Under the pieces are notes generated by a model that made no database searches, was not told the origin of the DNA, and worked only from the letters and a program-made list of their open reading frames with translations. Below are positions 54,351-64,000 of a stretch of DNA of 64,000 nt, in pieces. This stretch comes from Dehalococcoidia bacterium (GTDB lineage: Bacteria; Chloroflexota; Dehalococcoidia; Plut-88900): NCBI GenBank assembly GCA_965116945.1, contig OZ220734.1:158980-222979 (forward strand), written 5' to 3'. Every line of letters starts with the position of its first letter. The stretch's first letter is position 1. The position numbers and the translations under genes are program-made.

Positions 54351-55871
54351 TCAGGAACCAAAAAGTGAGGCTGCATTTTCCTTCCATAGGGCGACGTCAC
54401 CAGGTCTCTCGGAATAGGTACTCGTTTCCCTTCGGTATCCTGAATCGCGCTGTCCCCGATAAGACAGCCAGTTAAAGCTTCCCGATGCACAAAACAGGTC
54501 ATCACAGATGATGAACTTTTCGTGAGTTTCCGTAAGTTTTACTATCAATCTATGCCGCTGGGACTTAGGAATGAGTTTCCTCAATTCTCCCAGTGCTTTT
54601 TCTCCCTTTGCCTTGTTGCGGAATCCATCGGGGCCTCGTCTTCTATTGACACCGAATCCCCAGGCAATCCTCACAGTCACGTCCCTCCCTATAGCCGCCG
54701 CTAATAGTCTGCAGATCTCGTCGTCGAATGCGTAAGGATCAATCCAAGCAGACACCAAGGTAAGCTCAGAGGATGCGCTGTTTATGGCTCGAAGCAGTAA
54801 GTGTCTATGTTCTTCGGTCTTGATGAGGCGAGTTTCGCCTCTGGTCATTTTCATTAATTTGTCTTCACGCTCAGCCAGCTTATTCTCCAGCATTAACCTT
54901 GCGGCTTCCAACTCATCAATTTTCCTAGCAAGATCGGCGCGCTCCTCCTCACTTTGGGTAATTCCCTGGGTTGCTTTGGCCTCCGCAACAGCCAGGTCCT
55001 TGTCTACGACATCGCTGTGAATCTCGTCTATATCGGTAATGAGAGAATTTTCTTCCCATGATGCGGATACCGAACTGACTCGATGCAATGACGAGCCAGC
55101 GTTCTTGAGTTCTTCTGGTACAAGATCGGCTCCGCTTTCTGCGAGTCTCTGTATTGCGGAGGACTCTTCCTGGAGATATTGATGAGCACGAAAAGCAGCA
55201 AACGTAGACTGACTGGACCCGGGTACCGACAGTTTGACAACTACAACATCGTCGCGGTACTTGAGCCACATATCCTTTATGTCGGCTAATTCCAAGATTT
55301 CTGCCGGCTCGCGCCGGTGCAAATGGACGTTATCGTAGTCTCTAACCTCGTCGAGTTTGAGATTGCTCAGTCTGGGTCTGCGCGGCTTGGCGGGAACAAC
55401 AAAGAGGCCTTCCCTTCGAGCAATGTTCCCGTCCAACAGCCGGTTAGTATCTATGTCTATGATCCTCTTGGTTAGATAGTCGTATGGAACTCTCGGGTGT
55501 CGATTCCTCGGGCGCAGGGACCTCCCTCCCGCTCTCAAGACCTCCCGACCTTTATCAGTGATTTCGATGCCGAGATCAAATCGCTGAGCCACCAACCCGT
55601 CATTAAGAAGCTCAGCAGCCGCCTCGGCCACGTATCGATCCGACAAGCCCAACAACCTGCCGAGTTCGGCAGGTTGGGCAACACCAAGGTACGACAGTTG
55701 CAGGATGAATCGGGCAGGGGTGGAAAGTTCATGCTCGGCCATCTCCACTACCCTAAGACGAATATCATAGACTGGAAGGCATACCTGAAATGCAACGTCT
55801 ACGTTGTGGTCTGGGAACCTGCGATGAGCACGTGCAGCTACGGCAGCGTACTCCTTATCTGACGTGGTCAT
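54351..55871 (-). CDS. mkoB: wHTH + phospholipase-D-family nuclease (Mokosh MkoB-like)
   Basis: HKD motif HEKFIICDDLFCASGSFNWLS. The ATG at 55871 forms an ATGA overlap with the stop of the upstream helicase gene. Confidence 0.75.
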   Translation of the reverse strand: MTTSDKEYAAVAARAHRRFPDHNVDVAFQVCLPVYDIRLRVVEMAEHELSTPARFILQLSYLGVAQPAELGRLLGLSDRYVAEAAAELLNDGLVAQRFDLGIEITDKGREVLRAGGRSLRPRNRHPRVPYDYLTKRIIDIDTNRLLDGNIARREGLFVVPAKPRRPRLSNLKLDEVRDYDNVHLHRREPAEILELADIKDMWLKYRDDVVVVKLSVPGSSQSTFAAFRAHQYLQEESSAIQRLAESGADLVPEELKNAGSSLHRVSSVSASWEENSLITDIDEIHSDVVDKDLAVAEAKATQGITQSEEERADLARKIDELEAARLMLENKLAEREDKLMKMTRGETRLIKTEEHRHLLLRAINSASSELTLVSAWIDPYAFDDEICRLLAAAIGRDVTVRIAWGFGVNRRRGPDGFRNKAKGEKALGELRKLIPKSQRHRLIVKLTETHEKFIICDDLFCASGSFNWLSYRGQRDSGYRRETSTYSERPGDVALWKENAASLFGS

Positions 55872-58800
55872 AGAAGATTCACTAGATTGGACGGGACTAT
55901 CTTGCACTCATCTGGGTGCGAGCGTATGTGATTGAGAACTCCTGCAAATGGATTCACCTCCGGTCCCATTGTGGCATTCTCCATCATGAAGTCGTCTCCC
56001 ACGATGACGAGCAAATCGCGAGCTCGAGACAAAGCTACGTTTATGCGGCGATAGTCCTTCAGGAACCCGATAATGCTGTTCCGGTTAGAGCGCACAGTAG
56101 AATAGACTACGACATCGCATTCGCGGCCCTGGAACGAATCGACCGTAGCAATCTCGATCTCCAGATTTCGCCACCTACTACGATCCACAGGATCAATCTG
56201 GGTGGTGAGACGTTCAACCTGGGCCGAATAGCCGGTGATTACCCCCACGGTTGGTCTTCGTCGACGCTCCCTGCACCTAGATTCCATCTTGTGGAGTAAC
56301 TTGAGAACCGTATCTGCCTCGGCTAGGTTGGCGAAGGACTCTCCCGAACGGCTCTCTGCCTTGTTCGGCAGGGACGAGGTAGATATCCAGGTTACAGGAG
56401 CAGGCATCCAGTCGAAGGTTCGCCCACGTGAGCGTGGAAGCTCTCCATTCTCCAGTTTGCCTTCATAGAACACCGCACTCACGAGACTCCCTATAGCTGG
56501 CTGCATACGGTACTGGGTTCGGAGACTCGCAATGTGCTCTTGAGTCGATCCCTCCGCTTGTTCGATCAAGCTTTGAAAGAGACTGGTATCTAGATTGTAG
56601 TCATCGGATGAACTACCGGAGTCTTGCATGACCAACGCATCTACCATCGGTGGCAGCTGGTGCTGGTCTCCGACCAGAATCGTTCGCTCTGATCTAACTA
56701 TAGGGACGAGAATCTCTGGGACCGTGGCACGGCCTGCCTCGTCGACTATTGCCCAATCGAAGCTGGTTTCTGGTGCTGATGTTCCTTTGTTCCGATCACC
56801 CTTAAACAGATTGGCGCTGAACAGGCAGGTCGCTGCTACGACACGTGCCGACCTGCCTATGAGGTGCTGAAAATCAGAAGTGAGGCCAACCACTCCTGTC
56901 CATTGCGAAAGCGTCTTTCGCAGTTCCTGTATCCTGCGAAGCTCCTGCTGCGCTGGGTCATCCTCTTGAGACTGAGGTAGATCAGGGGTCGCAGCGGCTT
57001 CTATGATCTTGGCAAGAGCGACAGACTCATCCTTCACGTCGTCCATATCGATGGGATTGGGAAGTAACTCATTCAGGGCATCAATCTGTTCCCGCAACTG
57101 GGTCCGGGCCTGCTCTACTGCGTCTGCTGCTTCGGACTTGTTGGCATCAGGAGTATCGGAACCAAGAGATACATACTCTAGTTCGTAGTCTCGTAGCTGC
57201 GCTACCATGTCCTTAGCTTCTGCGATCCACTCCTCTAACATCCCTACATTTGCGGTTTCAGAGTCAGACGGTTCGCTACTTGCCTTAACTGCCGCTCTTG
57301 CTTCACGTTCAGATTGGCGCAATTCCTCGATCACCGGCTGGCACTTGTCCAGTACCTCCCGGCGCCAGGAGAGTGCTCGTTCTTCCAATGTCCAGGCCTC
57401 CCCACCAGAGCTAATCCTCTCCGCACGACCGATGCGCACCATCTCTGGGGCAGGGTCATCTGAGGCTTTGGCTATCTGAGTCAAGGCATGATCGACCGCA
57501 ACGTTTGATTGGGAACTTAGCAAGATTCTAGCCTCCGGGTGTCGGTGCAATATCTGAAGGACGATCTCGGCGATCACGGAGGTCTTGCCTGTGCCAGGCG
57601 GACCTTGAATGAGGAACAGCTCATTGCTTGACACGGCTTTTCTGACTACCGCCTTCGCATCGTCGGACAAGTGGTCTTGGAAGAAATAGACATTTGTTTC
57701 CGGGCTGCGAGTCGTGCCCGACGGATCAATGATTACATTTGCCAGGTTGGGATTAGCCATCTGCTCATATAGGAACGCATTCACCGCGAACTGCTGACGC
57801 GTGTTAGCAGACCTAGCTTCCATCATGTTGACAGTTAGAAATCCCGTTCTTGGAATGGGTGCCTCATCCCATACCGGTCGGCGAGTCTGTCTGGCCACTT
57901 CGACAGTGCGCCCACGTATCGCGACAAGGTTGCCAACTGGCTGCGGTCGTGCCTGTACAGATTCCCTTATGGCTAGGGGCGTATCATCCTCCCAATTCAA
58001 GCCGTCTGGTGGGAGTTTCGTCAGCGTGAACCGCAAGTAGTCTGGTTCTTCGACTACTGCCGAATACGCCAATACCGATGACTCATTCTCGATGCGCCTA
58101 AGTTCGTTGCTTAGGGCGGACCTCCACCGTTCTATGAACTCGCGTCGCGAACTTCTTTGTTCATGCTTCACTGCTCCCACAGTTTCGTAGGAGTGCAATT
58201 TCGATAGAAGATCAGTTAGATCACCGGCGGCTGCTCTCAAAGAGGGGCCATCTTCTTCCGATCGAAACCATCCTTGTACTGGCGACCACATTGCCCTGTA
58301 AGACATTGACCGCCCGCGCTCTGCTTCGAGATTTGCAATGTAGGGGATATGAACGGCTTTCACGATAAGTGAGTCGCCGTTTTCATTAGGAGTGCAGACT
58401 AGACGCAGAGAAGATCCTAGGATAACGAGATCATTCTCATTTCGATTATCTGAATGAATATCGACTTCATCAAGTTCCATTCCACCTAGATCATCTAGTA
58501 AGACTTCAGCGACTTCTTGGAAATCCTCCCTCAAAGTGTAACCAGCAGAGACGATGTCCCGGATCGCACTATTGGTTAGTATTAGAAAGTGGCTAGGCAG
58601 CTTCTCCACTCTTCTGGTGATGTCAAGTGCTGACAATAGCTCGCTTCCGCTGGTAGGACGGTCCTCGGGTTTGGCTTCCAGCATCCTCTTCAGGATGTTT
58701 CTAAGCAAAGGAGGGCCGCTCACAAACTGGTCCACCATTGAAGGCGTTGGCCCTTCATGGGGCGGTTCTTGATTGGACAACAGGTGGAAAAAGGTAGCCC

Positions 58801-59422
58801 CAAGCGAATAGATGTCTGAACTCGTTGAAGCAGGCTCGGCCGACCTCTGCTCAGGAGATGCGTATCCGCCACTCCAGTATCCTGCGAGCGTCTCGCCGAC
58901 CGTCAGCTGAGTAAGCAATTTGCTAATACCAAAGTCTGTGAGCATCGGGCGCCCGCTCGGGTCGAATAGTATGTTGGACGGTTTAATGTCGCGATGGACT
59001 ACATTTTCCGAGTGGGCGTGGACCAGTGCCTCGGCAAGCTCTCGAATGACCCGGTAAGGTTCAATGTTCCCATACTGCATGCGCTGCTTGCCGGCTAGGT
59101 ATTTATCCAGCGAATAGGGAAGGTAGTCAAAAACCAGAAAGAAGGCTTGTTCCGTGTCAGACCACGCGCTATGCCTGAGCGCAACAATGTTTGGGTGTCG
59201 GAGCCGCTTAAGGGCACCAGTCTCGCGCTTGAACAGCTCATGTTTGATTTCGTCACCGTGCGAAGTATCCAGAATCTTGACGGCAACCTCTACCTCGCCA
59301 GAGGCGTTGTCTTGAGCACGATAAACGGAGCTCATCTTGCCAGCTCCGATCTGTTCCCGAAGAACAAATCGCCCCTCTAGCACATCACCTCGTCTACTAG
59401 ATCCGAAGTCAGCCATGTTCAT
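55868..59422 (-). CDS. mkoA: Ser/Thr protein kinase fused to an SF1 (Upf1/COG1112-like) helicase (Mokosh MkoA-like)
   Basis: Kinase: GAGKMSSVY, VAVKIL, HRDIKPSNILF, DFGISK. Helicase: LIQGPPGTGKTS, IVDEAGRA, VDSFQGRECDVVVYS, INVALSRAR. Confidence 0.8.
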   Translation of the reverse strand: MNMADFGSSRRGDVLEGRFVLREQIGAGKMSSVYRAQDNASGEVEVAVKILDTSHGDEIKHELFKRETGALKRLRHPNIVALRHSAWSDTEQAFFLVFDYLPYSLDKYLAGKQRMQYGNIEPYRVIRELAEALVHAHSENVVHRDIKPSNILFDPSGRPMLTDFGISKLLTQLTVGETLAGYWSGGYASPEQRSAEPASTSSDIYSLGATFFHLLSNQEPPHEGPTPSMVDQFVSGPPLLRNILKRMLEAKPEDRPTSGSELLSALDITRRVEKLPSHFLILTNSAIRDIVSAGYTLREDFQEVAEVLLDDLGGMELDEVDIHSDNRNENDLVILGSSLRLVCTPNENGDSLIVKAVHIPYIANLEAERGRSMSYRAMWSPVQGWFRSEEDGPSLRAAAGDLTDLLSKLHSYETVGAVKHEQRSSRREFIERWRSALSNELRRIENESSVLAYSAVVEEPDYLRFTLTKLPPDGLNWEDDTPLAIRESVQARPQPVGNLVAIRGRTVEVARQTRRPVWDEAPIPRTGFLTVNMMEARSANTRQQFAVNAFLYEQMANPNLANVIIDPSGTTRSPETNVYFFQDHLSDDAKAVVRKAVSSNELFLIQGPPGTGKTSVIAEIVLQILHRHPEARILLSSQSNVAVDHALTQIAKASDDPAPEMVRIGRAERISSGGEAWTLEERALSWRREVLDKCQPVIEELRQSEREARAAVKASSEPSDSETANVGMLEEWIAEAKDMVAQLRDYELEYVSLGSDTPDANKSEAADAVEQARTQLREQIDALNELLPNPIDMDDVKDESVALAKIIEAAATPDLPQSQEDDPAQQELRRIQELRKTLSQWTGVVGLTSDFQHLIGRSARVVAATCLFSANLFKGDRNKGTSAPETSFDWAIVDEAGRATVPEILVPIVRSERTILVGDQHQLPPMVDALVMQDSGSSSDDYNLDTSLFQSLIEQAEGSTQEHIASLRTQYRMQPAIGSLVSAVFYEGKLENGELPRSRGRTFDWMPAPVTWISTSSLPNKAESRSGESFANLAEADTVLKLLHKMESRCRERRRRPTVGVITGYSAQVERLTTQIDPVDRSRWRNLEIEIATVDSFQGRECDVVVYSTVRSNRNSIIGFLKDYRRINVALSRARDLLVIVGDDFMMENATMGPEVNPFAGVLNHIRSHPDECKIVPSNLVNLL

Positions 59423-60461
59423 TCGGTCAGGCTAATCCTTAACAGAGAAACGAAATCAGACTAGCACGGGTCTCGTCTCTAAATTGCAACAAGGACCGGA
59501 TTCCCTCAATTGATCGCGAATTGGCACTGATGCTGATTCTCCACTGTTGTCCTTTAGTGCACGTTCTGTAGTGTGTGAGCCATTATTATAATATTGAATC
59601 AAAATCCCACCATCAAACCTATTTGATGGCGGCAACCGGAGTATACGGCCGAGAGTTGGTAAGAGGGGACATCCACCAGTATAAGCTGTGACAACTACCA
59701 CCGATGTCTCCCGACTCTAGTATGTATAACTTAAGCAAGACTTCCCATCCAAGCCTTCTAAAATCGATCTCCCACGATTCGCTTGGCCGGACACGAACAC
59801 ACGGTGGCTTAGAGGGGTATTAGGATTCTTGAACTGATTTTGGGCCTCCCACCGAAGAGTTCCCAGAGCAGCCTTGTCACAGCCCACCTCTCAACCCAAT
59901 CCTTAATGGGATTTAACTTCGTTCTGCGGCCAACCTCAGCAATGTCGGCTCACCAAGAGGGACTTGAACTCACCTGCAGCAAATAGGCATTTGCCACTAA
60001 ATTGCAAGGGTGAACTTCGAAGAAAAGGTTCTGTCTTTTGTACGGTCGTGGTCGCCATACAGGATTCGAACCTTCCGGGACGCAATCTACCAACACCAAA
60101 GGTGTAAATTCGAACCGTCCATTCAAAGTTCTGTACATAGCTAGAGCAGGTGCTCTCGGAGGTACTCCAATGAAATACAATAGGAGGTGTCAATGCCGAC
60201 CAAAGCCCCTGGTTTTGTGATGCCGAATCCTATTACCAAACACACCCCAAAACGATGTGGTAAGGGATGTGGGAATCTAACCATCAGAGACCCTAAATCA
60301 GTCACAATTCGTAATCCCACCCTCGGATTCAAACTCCCACTTTGGGGATTCTCCTGCTACGCATTAAAGAGTGCCTACGGATTGGGTGAACCTTGGGCAA
60401 CTTGTAGTGGGCCAAGCCAGCGAGAAGCTCCTCCTGAACAATACTGCAATCCGGATATTAA

Positions 60462-60610
60462 CCTTGATGTCTGACAGACAAGCAGGTAAAGTTGGACAAG
60501 CAAGCATCACAGGAGGCTGTAATCCGACACCCTGCCTAGGACAAAGTTGGGACCGGCCTCGTCGGTGATTCGTAGCTGAGAGACCGGCAGCAGCGGCAGA
60601 AATGACTTGA
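60462..60610. repeat. attR-proximal arm sequence (element side), homologous to 35155-35285
   Basis: Alignment by eye. It contains TAATCCGACACCCTGCCT (60520-60537), which recurs at 4022-4039 on the attL side. Confidence 0.7.
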
Positions 60611-60659
60611 CTGCTTCCCAAGCAGGAGGTCGAGGGTTCGAATCCCTTCGCCCGCTCCA
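60611..60659. repeat. attR core: 49-bp exact copy of the tRNA-Gly 3' part
   Basis: Identical to 3901-3949. There is no matching 5' acceptor strand upstream, so it is not a second tRNA gene. Confidence 0.85.
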
Positions 60660-60670
60660 CACCCAACCCG

Positions 60671-61453
60671 ATGTTCATACTCTCAGACGCTGACCTTAAA
60701 TTCATCGTCGAGACCCTGACGCCGGATACCCGCGACCATATCAGAGTCGCTCAAGCGGTCCGGGACAAGCCGGAGATCCTGGATGCAATGATCGGGGATT
60801 CCCTTCTTGTGTACAGGGTGATGAATGACGAGGAGGTGGTGGTGCACATCTCGCCGCGTCTGTTATTCACGATTTTGCTGAGACAGACGCGCCGGGACCT
60901 GGACAACCAGCCATATATCAACGAGATCGGGGAGCGAGGGGAGGTGATCCCGGTGTTCGAGTCGTCTCGTGTGGCGGACTTGCTGGATGAGGAGCCGCCT
61001 CGAGAATATCTGGCGGATATGATGTCGTCGTTTTCCAAGACATACTCCACGGTAATGTACTCGCTGGAGAGGGGTCGGTTGAGGAAGAGGCGGTTCAGCA
61101 GCATGGACATGGACGACATGATCTATGCAGCCCGTCATGCAGACCCGGAGGAAAGACCCAACTATTATCGCCGGGTGGCGGACATTGCATTGTTCATGAC
61201 GGGTGTTTTTCCTTACCAAGCCATACGCAGTCCCAGGCGGAGAAGATTTGCGCACCGGCGGACGATGGCAGACTACGAACGGGAGGGCAGTGCGTTTTAC
61301 GGGATGGCGGCGAGGGAGTTGGATGTACCGGAGCTTGGGGATGTGATGACGACGCTGTCGGAGAACTTCACGTTAGCGCGTCGGGCGTTGAACCATTTGA
61401 GTGAGAGGTATATCCGGGCGCGGAGTTCCAGGCTGTTCGGGATGGAGGAATAG
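60671..61453 (+). CDS. Hypothetical protein (260 aa)
   Basis: An ORF with composition like the left-flank core genes. No motif recognised. Confidence 0.5.
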   Translation: MFILSDADLKFIVETLTPDTRDHIRVAQAVRDKPEILDAMIGDSLLVYRVMNDEEVVVHISPRLLFTILLRQTRRDLDNQPYINEIGERGEVIPVFESSRVADLLDEEPPREYLADMMSSFSKTYSTVMYSLERGRLRKRRFSSMDMDDMIYAARHADPEERPNYYRRVADIALFMTGVFPYQAIRSPRRRRFAHRRTMADYEREGSAFYGMAARELDVPELGDVMTTLSENFTLARRALNHLSERYIRARSSRLFGMEE

Positions 61454-61725
61454 GGGGAGTAATACCCGCTCCACGACGTGTTCCTGTCAGGATATTCCCG
61501 CTTAACCGCCGACCGCTCTTTCCGTATCGCCCACGTCAATCGATCACTCCCCCCGCTCATACTTCGAGTGCCTCAGCACGAGCGGCCCGTCCACCCCACC
61601 ACGAGACAATGTTCAAGGGTGGGATGGAAAGGGAGAGACGGGGAAATGCCCAAATGCAATGTTTATTCAGCCAGGATCGCTGGAGATTTCTCGCGGGGCA
61701 TCGGAATGACAGGAGGAAAGGGGGG

Positions 61726-62640
61726 TTAGGGGACGATCAGCGGGTTGGCTTCGGTGAGGACGTGAGTCTCGGCGGTGAGGGCTTCGCGGAGTAGGCGAGG
61801 GAGGAGGAATAGGCCCTTGTGGGTATTGCCGTCGTAGGCACGGCAGGGCTTGGTGAGGCGAGTTGCAAGGGCAGAATTGACGTCGGCCTCGGAAAGATTG
61901 GTCGGGTCCAGGGTCTGGCTGGCAGTCGCGAAACCCCAATCGCCTCCGAAGCTGGGGACAACTATGTGGTAGGGGAGAACCTTGTTGAAGACCTGAGAAA
62001 GAGTGTAGGTGATGGCAGTGAAGGCTTCGGAGCGAAGGTAGTCTGCGGACTCGGCCTGGAGGGCCATTATGCCACCGGGATTGAGACGGTCACGCACGAC
62101 ACCGAAGAAGCCCTCCGTGAATAGGAGGGCGGAAGGGTTGCCTTCCACGGGGTCGGAGAGGTCTATGAAAATAACGTCAAAGGACGAGTCGGTATTTTCG
62201 AGGTAGTCGGCGGCGTCCATGTGGAGAAGGGTGGTGCGGGGGTCATCAAAGGCGCCTGCGTGCCAGGCAGGAAGGTGTCGGCGTGAGGCTTCGACTACCT
62301 CTTGATCGATATCAACCATGACTGCCTTTTCAACGCTCTGGTGGGTGAGGACGTCCCTGAGGGTCGCTCCTTCGCCGCCACCGGCTATGAAGACGCTCCG
62401 GGGCTTGGGATGGGTGATCATGGCGGGGTGGACGAGAATCTCGTGGTAGATGAACTCGTCGGTTTCCGAGGACTGAGTCTTGCCATCGAGAACGAGTGTG
62501 CGGCCGAAGGGGAGGGTGTCGACTATCTTGATGGACTGGAAGGGACTCTGACCGGAGTAGACTACACCGGAGATCCTGGCTTCCTGGTAAAGGTCATCAG
62601 CAATCGACTCGCGGAGCCAGGTGCTGGGGTCCCGGGTCAT
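61726..62640 (-). CDS. speE: Spermidine synthase (polyamine aminopropyltransferase)
   Basis: QSIKIVDT..FGRTLVLDG, VFIAGGGEGATLRDVL, VMVDIDQEVV, FDVIFIDLSDP are canonical SpeE motifs. Confidence 0.9.
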   Translation of the reverse strand: MTRDPSTWLRESIADDLYQEARISGVVYSGQSPFQSIKIVDTLPFGRTLVLDGKTQSSETDEFIYHEILVHPAMITHPKPRSVFIAGGGEGATLRDVLTHQSVEKAVMVDIDQEVVEASRRHLPAWHAGAFDDPRTTLLHMDAADYLENTDSSFDVIFIDLSDPVEGNPSALLFTEGFFGVVRDRLNPGGIMALQAESADYLRSEAFTAITYTLSQVFNKVLPYHIVVPSFGGDWGFATASQTLDPTNLSEADVNSALATRLTKPCRAYDGNTHKGLFLLPRLLREALTAETHVLTEANPLIVP

Positions 62641-62671
62641 GGCTTGATGCTTCCGACTCGAATACTGCGGG

Positions 62672-63046
62672 CTAGGAGCCGACAGAGACCGGGCTAGGGG
62701 TGAGGATTCCCCGATTAACGACCATAAGGGAGGGATCCTTGCAGTCGAAGCGCTCTATGAGGAGTTCGGCGATGCGATTAGGGTCGAAGGTCTGGCTGCA
62801 GGTGAATACGTCGACGGCTGCATAGGCGTGTTCGGGCCAAGTGTGGATACAGATATGGGACTCGGAGATGGGTACCACGCCAGTCACGCCCTGGGGGTCA
62901 AATTTGTGGAAGGACTCACCGAGGACTCGGGCGCCCATGTGCTCGGCGGCGGACAGAATCGCTTCTCTGACAAAGTGCAGATCGTCCAGCAGGACGCTGT
63001 CACAGTTCTTCAGTTCCAGCAGTAAGTGGTTTCCCAGGACATTCAA
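62672..63046 (-). CDS. speH: S-adenosylmethionine decarboxylase proenzyme (small bacterial/archaeal type)
   Basis: GVVPISESHICIHTWPEHAYAAVDVFTC contains the ES cleavage site and the HTWPE motif. Directly upstream of speE. Confidence 0.85.
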   Translation of the reverse strand: MNVLGNHLLLELKNCDSVLLDDLHFVREAILSAAEHMGARVLGESFHKFDPQGVTGVVPISESHICIHTWPEHAYAAVDVFTCSQTFDPNRIAELLIERFDCKDPSLMVVNRGILTPSPVSVGS

Positions 63047-63089
63047 TCACCCGCCCCCCGTTGTGGATTTGCGTAAGCGTAGAGGACGC

Positions 63090-63118
63090 ATTATATAAAT
63101 CACGGCGTAGGCTGGCAA
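63090..63118 (-). promoter_or_regulatory. Sigma70-like promoter of speH-speE
   Basis: On the minus strand: TTGCCA (63118-63113), a 17-nt spacer, then TATAAT (63095-63090), about 45 nt upstream of the speH ATG. Confidence 0.45.
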
Positions 63119-64000
63119 CTGTGCGTGCCTGCTGGGGAACCTGGGGACACACCGGACTGCTATTCAGTTGTGGGGTCTGGGTTTGGTTTTGTCTTTTGGG
63201 TTTTGGGTCGGCGATGGAAGACACCCTTTTGCCCTCGAACTGGCTTGCACTCTTCATTACGGGTGTTCCGGCTGTTGGGGGACCTTTTAACCAGACCCCG
63301 CCTGAGAGGGAGGGACTTGCAGCCGGCCGTGCCTTTTTTGCGCTCGATTGTATTCACGGACCGTTCCGGGTCAGGACGTCCGCCAGAGGCTCCTCTTTAG
63401 GGTTGTATGCCTCAATGGGCACTACGGGGCCAGGGATCCAGCAGTGGCCCCACAGCCTTTCTATATGTGTCTTAGTTTGCCGGAGCACTAAGGAGCGAAG
63501 TCTCCGGCGCCCCCCGCACACAGTGCGCACTTTAGCAAGAGCAGACGTATTGGAGGTGGTCCTCCGTTTGGGGGCCGAGGGTCTGCTGCGTACCTCCTAA
63601 GTAGTCACCCCCGCTGCTAAACTCCGTTGAGGGGAGAGGGGTGGGAGTAGAAAGCCAGGGCGTCTATCCATCGCCTGGGGGACAGGGAAGGAACACGGGA
63701 CCCGGTGGGATGAGGAGATGGCGCTGTTTGCTTGTGCCGCAACCTGCCCGCCTCGCAAGGGAGGGGAGAGGTATTGGGATGGGCTAGGGCGTTGAGTCCT
63801 CGGATGGGTATCGGGGCTTCCCTGGGTTTTTGGTTCCTCCTTGAAATAGTTAGGGTGATGTTCGAACGGTGTGGAGAATAGCACAGTTGTTCAGGTAGGG
63901 TCAAGGGGCAAATGTCCCACTTTTGGGGGGAGGCATACGCGACGGATTGGCCGGCGTGGACCTCCCCCCACTCGACCCTTCGACGGTGCTCAGGGTGAGC

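Noticed and set aside
60462-60659. Possible tmRNA or second tRNA, because of the tRNA-like 3' end with CCA
   Set aside because: The 3' 49 nt are an exact copy of tRNA-Gly. There is no complementary 5' acceptor strand, no G-U Ala identity pair and no tag ORF. An attR core plus arm explains it.
63400-63450. Cobalamin riboswitch, because the minus strand contains GCCACTG
   Set aside because: It is an isolated heptamer without the surrounding B12-box or GGGAA..GGTG core. It also lies upstream of the mapped speH promoter, so it is not in a leader.

Overview
The window is a bacterial chromosomal segment of moderate to high G+C. The lineage cannot be fixed from here, but rny-ymdB synteny and a CCA-encoding tRNA fit a Firmicutes- or Chloroflexota-type genome. 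Core genes sit only at the edges. On the left (1-3949) are rny (partial), ymdB, a PHP phosphoesterase, fabZ, a Zn-ribbon membrane protein and tRNA-Gly(CCC). On the right (60660-63118) are a hypothetical gene and speE-speH with a sigma70-like promoter. The roughly 56.7 kb between them looks like an integrated island. It is bounded by a perfect 49-bp direct repeat of the tRNA 3' part (3901-3949 and 60611-60659), with a tyrosine integrase next to attL. An internal decayed att copy at 35155-35298 suggests two elements accreted in tandem. The island is a mosaic rich in defence genes:
- a translationally coupled operon of a TIR/P-loop ATPase, an unknown 319-aa protein and a DNA methyltransferase (9.1-13.6 kb)
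- a GmrSD-type DUF262-DUF1524 enzyme with a small coupled partner (14.2-17.0 kb)
- a compositionally foreign high-GC block carrying an all-in-one GAF-PAS-HK-REC-wHTH protein and a 2598-aa repeat-rich secreted protein (18.5-29.5 kb)
- a block of orphan small ORFs with a frameshifted HNH gene
- an imuB-dnaE2-SRAP mutagenesis cassette (36.1-41.5 kb)
- two tandem paralogous GHKL-ATPase three-gene modules with different effector ends (41.6-53.8 kb). One carries a PAPS-reductase/PP-loop fusion plus DUF262-DUF1524, and the other a putative phosphorothioate-reading SBD-HNH nuclease.
- a Mokosh type I-like pair, kinase-SF1 helicase plus PLD nuclease (54.4-59.4 kb)

The GHKL modules and the TIR-ATPase-methylase operon are the best candidates for undescribed systems. 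All domain calls come from motifs read by eye in the supplied translations. No database search was run.
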